This document shows, piece after piece, positions 63,065-64,000 of a stretch of DNA of 64,000 nucleotides. The notes beneath the pieces are model-generated. The model saw nothing but the letters and a program-made list of their open reading frames with translations. It ran no database searches and was not told where the DNA came from. Positions within the stretch are counted from its first letter, which is position 1. Each line of letters begins with the position of its first letter. The DNA lies in NCBI RefSeq assembly GCF_001194135.2, contig NC_068984.1:16420895-16484894 (forward strand). The letters run 5' to 3'. Origin of the DNA: Octopus bimaculoides (lineage: Eukaryota). The position numbers and the translations under genes were made by a program.

Positions 63065-63437
63065 TTAATTTTATTTCAGTCTTTGAATTGCTGCCATGCT
63101 GGTACTATAAAAAACGTCAAGATTTTTTTTAGTGGAACAAATTGCCCTTAGTACTTATTCTATCGGTACCATTTTTTTCAAACCTCTAAGTATTAGGAAC
63201 ATAAGCAAACCCACACCGGTTGCCAAGCTGTGGTGGGGAACGAACACAGTTAAAGACACACACATGTATATAAATAACAAGCTTCCGCACAGTTCACGGC
63301 AGCCAAATCCCCTCAAAAGGCCTTGGTAGGTACACGGCTATGAGAGAAGACACTTGTTCGAGGTCCAACGCAGTGAAACAGAACCCGGAACCATGTGGTA
63401 GGGAAAAAAGGCATCGAACTGCACAGATACACCGGCT
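63065..63437 (-). mobile_element. SINE family B, old and decayed
   Basis: GTACTTATTCTATCGGT tail and AACCCGGAACCATGTGG head (plus-strand strings). Confidence 0.6.
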
Positions 63438-63770
63438 CCCGTAAAATAATGTTCCCATGAGGTGAATCGAACCCTAGTGAGAGGAAATCCTATATTGTTA
63501 TGTTGTTATTTTGTTCGCTAGGAAAGTGAAATTTACGTACTTAGTCATTCGTTATAAACTAGCAAACAATACTGCACGTGTTAGAAAAGTCTCACACCAA
63601 GACGATATTCACAGGATAATTACCATTGGTTGGAGTAACGGATTTACATTCGGTAAGCCCGCAAGTTAATTATTTCGAGATGAATCAAAGTTGGTTGACG
63701 AGAACTGTGCGGAGGCTTGTTACTCACATACATGCGTGTGTCTTTAATCAAATTAATTTATTGTTATATA

Positions 63771-63969
63771 CGAGGTGTGTTGAACAATTCTTGGCTTTGG
63801 GTAAAAGGAGAATCAGTTAATTATGATTTCATTCAACATATTCCACTCTCAGATTTACTCATTTACTGCACCATTTTCCCTTCGCCCTGTAAAAAGAACT
63901 CGGAAGGTTGGGCCAAAACCCAGACCGTTTGCGACACCCTTAGATCCATGGACTTTTCAGCACTCCATT
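63771..63969. mobile_element. mariner-derived MITE, decayed
   Basis: Ends TA-CGAGGTGTGTTGAACAATTCTTGG and CCATGGACTTTTCAGCACTCCATT-TA resemble inverted mariner TIRs. Confidence 0.55.

Positions 63970-64000
<31 letters not shown>

Overview
Repeat-dense, AT-rich animal genomic DNA from a gappy short-read scaffold. The very high microsatellite density and the tRNA-derived SINE sequences point to a cephalopod, most likely Octopus; this is inference from sequence style, not a database hit. I cannot support any intact host protein-coding gene, rRNA, true tRNA or prokaryotic CRISPR, and most of the ORF track is microsatellite or N-gap artefact. The window is a layered record of transposable elements. 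(i) More than 30 copies of at least four tRNA-headed SINE families (my labels A, B, C, E) with swapped heads and tails. (ii) hAT, Tc1/mariner/pogo and Helentron-type MITEs and two decayed mariner transposases. (iii) RTE and CR1-like LINE relics. (iv) Ty3/Gypsy-type LTRs with tRNA-Trp primer-binding sites (PBS), including a mini element with a 199-bp interior and a tandem array of seven LTR-end/PBS units with unlike spacers. (v) Penelope-like elements (PLEs) of both domain orders: a decayed near-full-length N-terminal-endonuclease Naiad-type element at 55.7-59.5 kb and C-terminal GIY-YIG fragments at 34 and 44 kb, plus several minimal hammerhead-ribozyme motifs, one with an intact core. (vi) A 1.8-kb ORF1-only LINE derivative whose 3' tail matches the tail of the dominant SINE. 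The best leads are the PBS array (52.0-52.5 kb), the ORF1-only element (32.3-34.1 kb), the Naiad with a TGA at a conserved Cys position, and the hammerhead-bearing elements.
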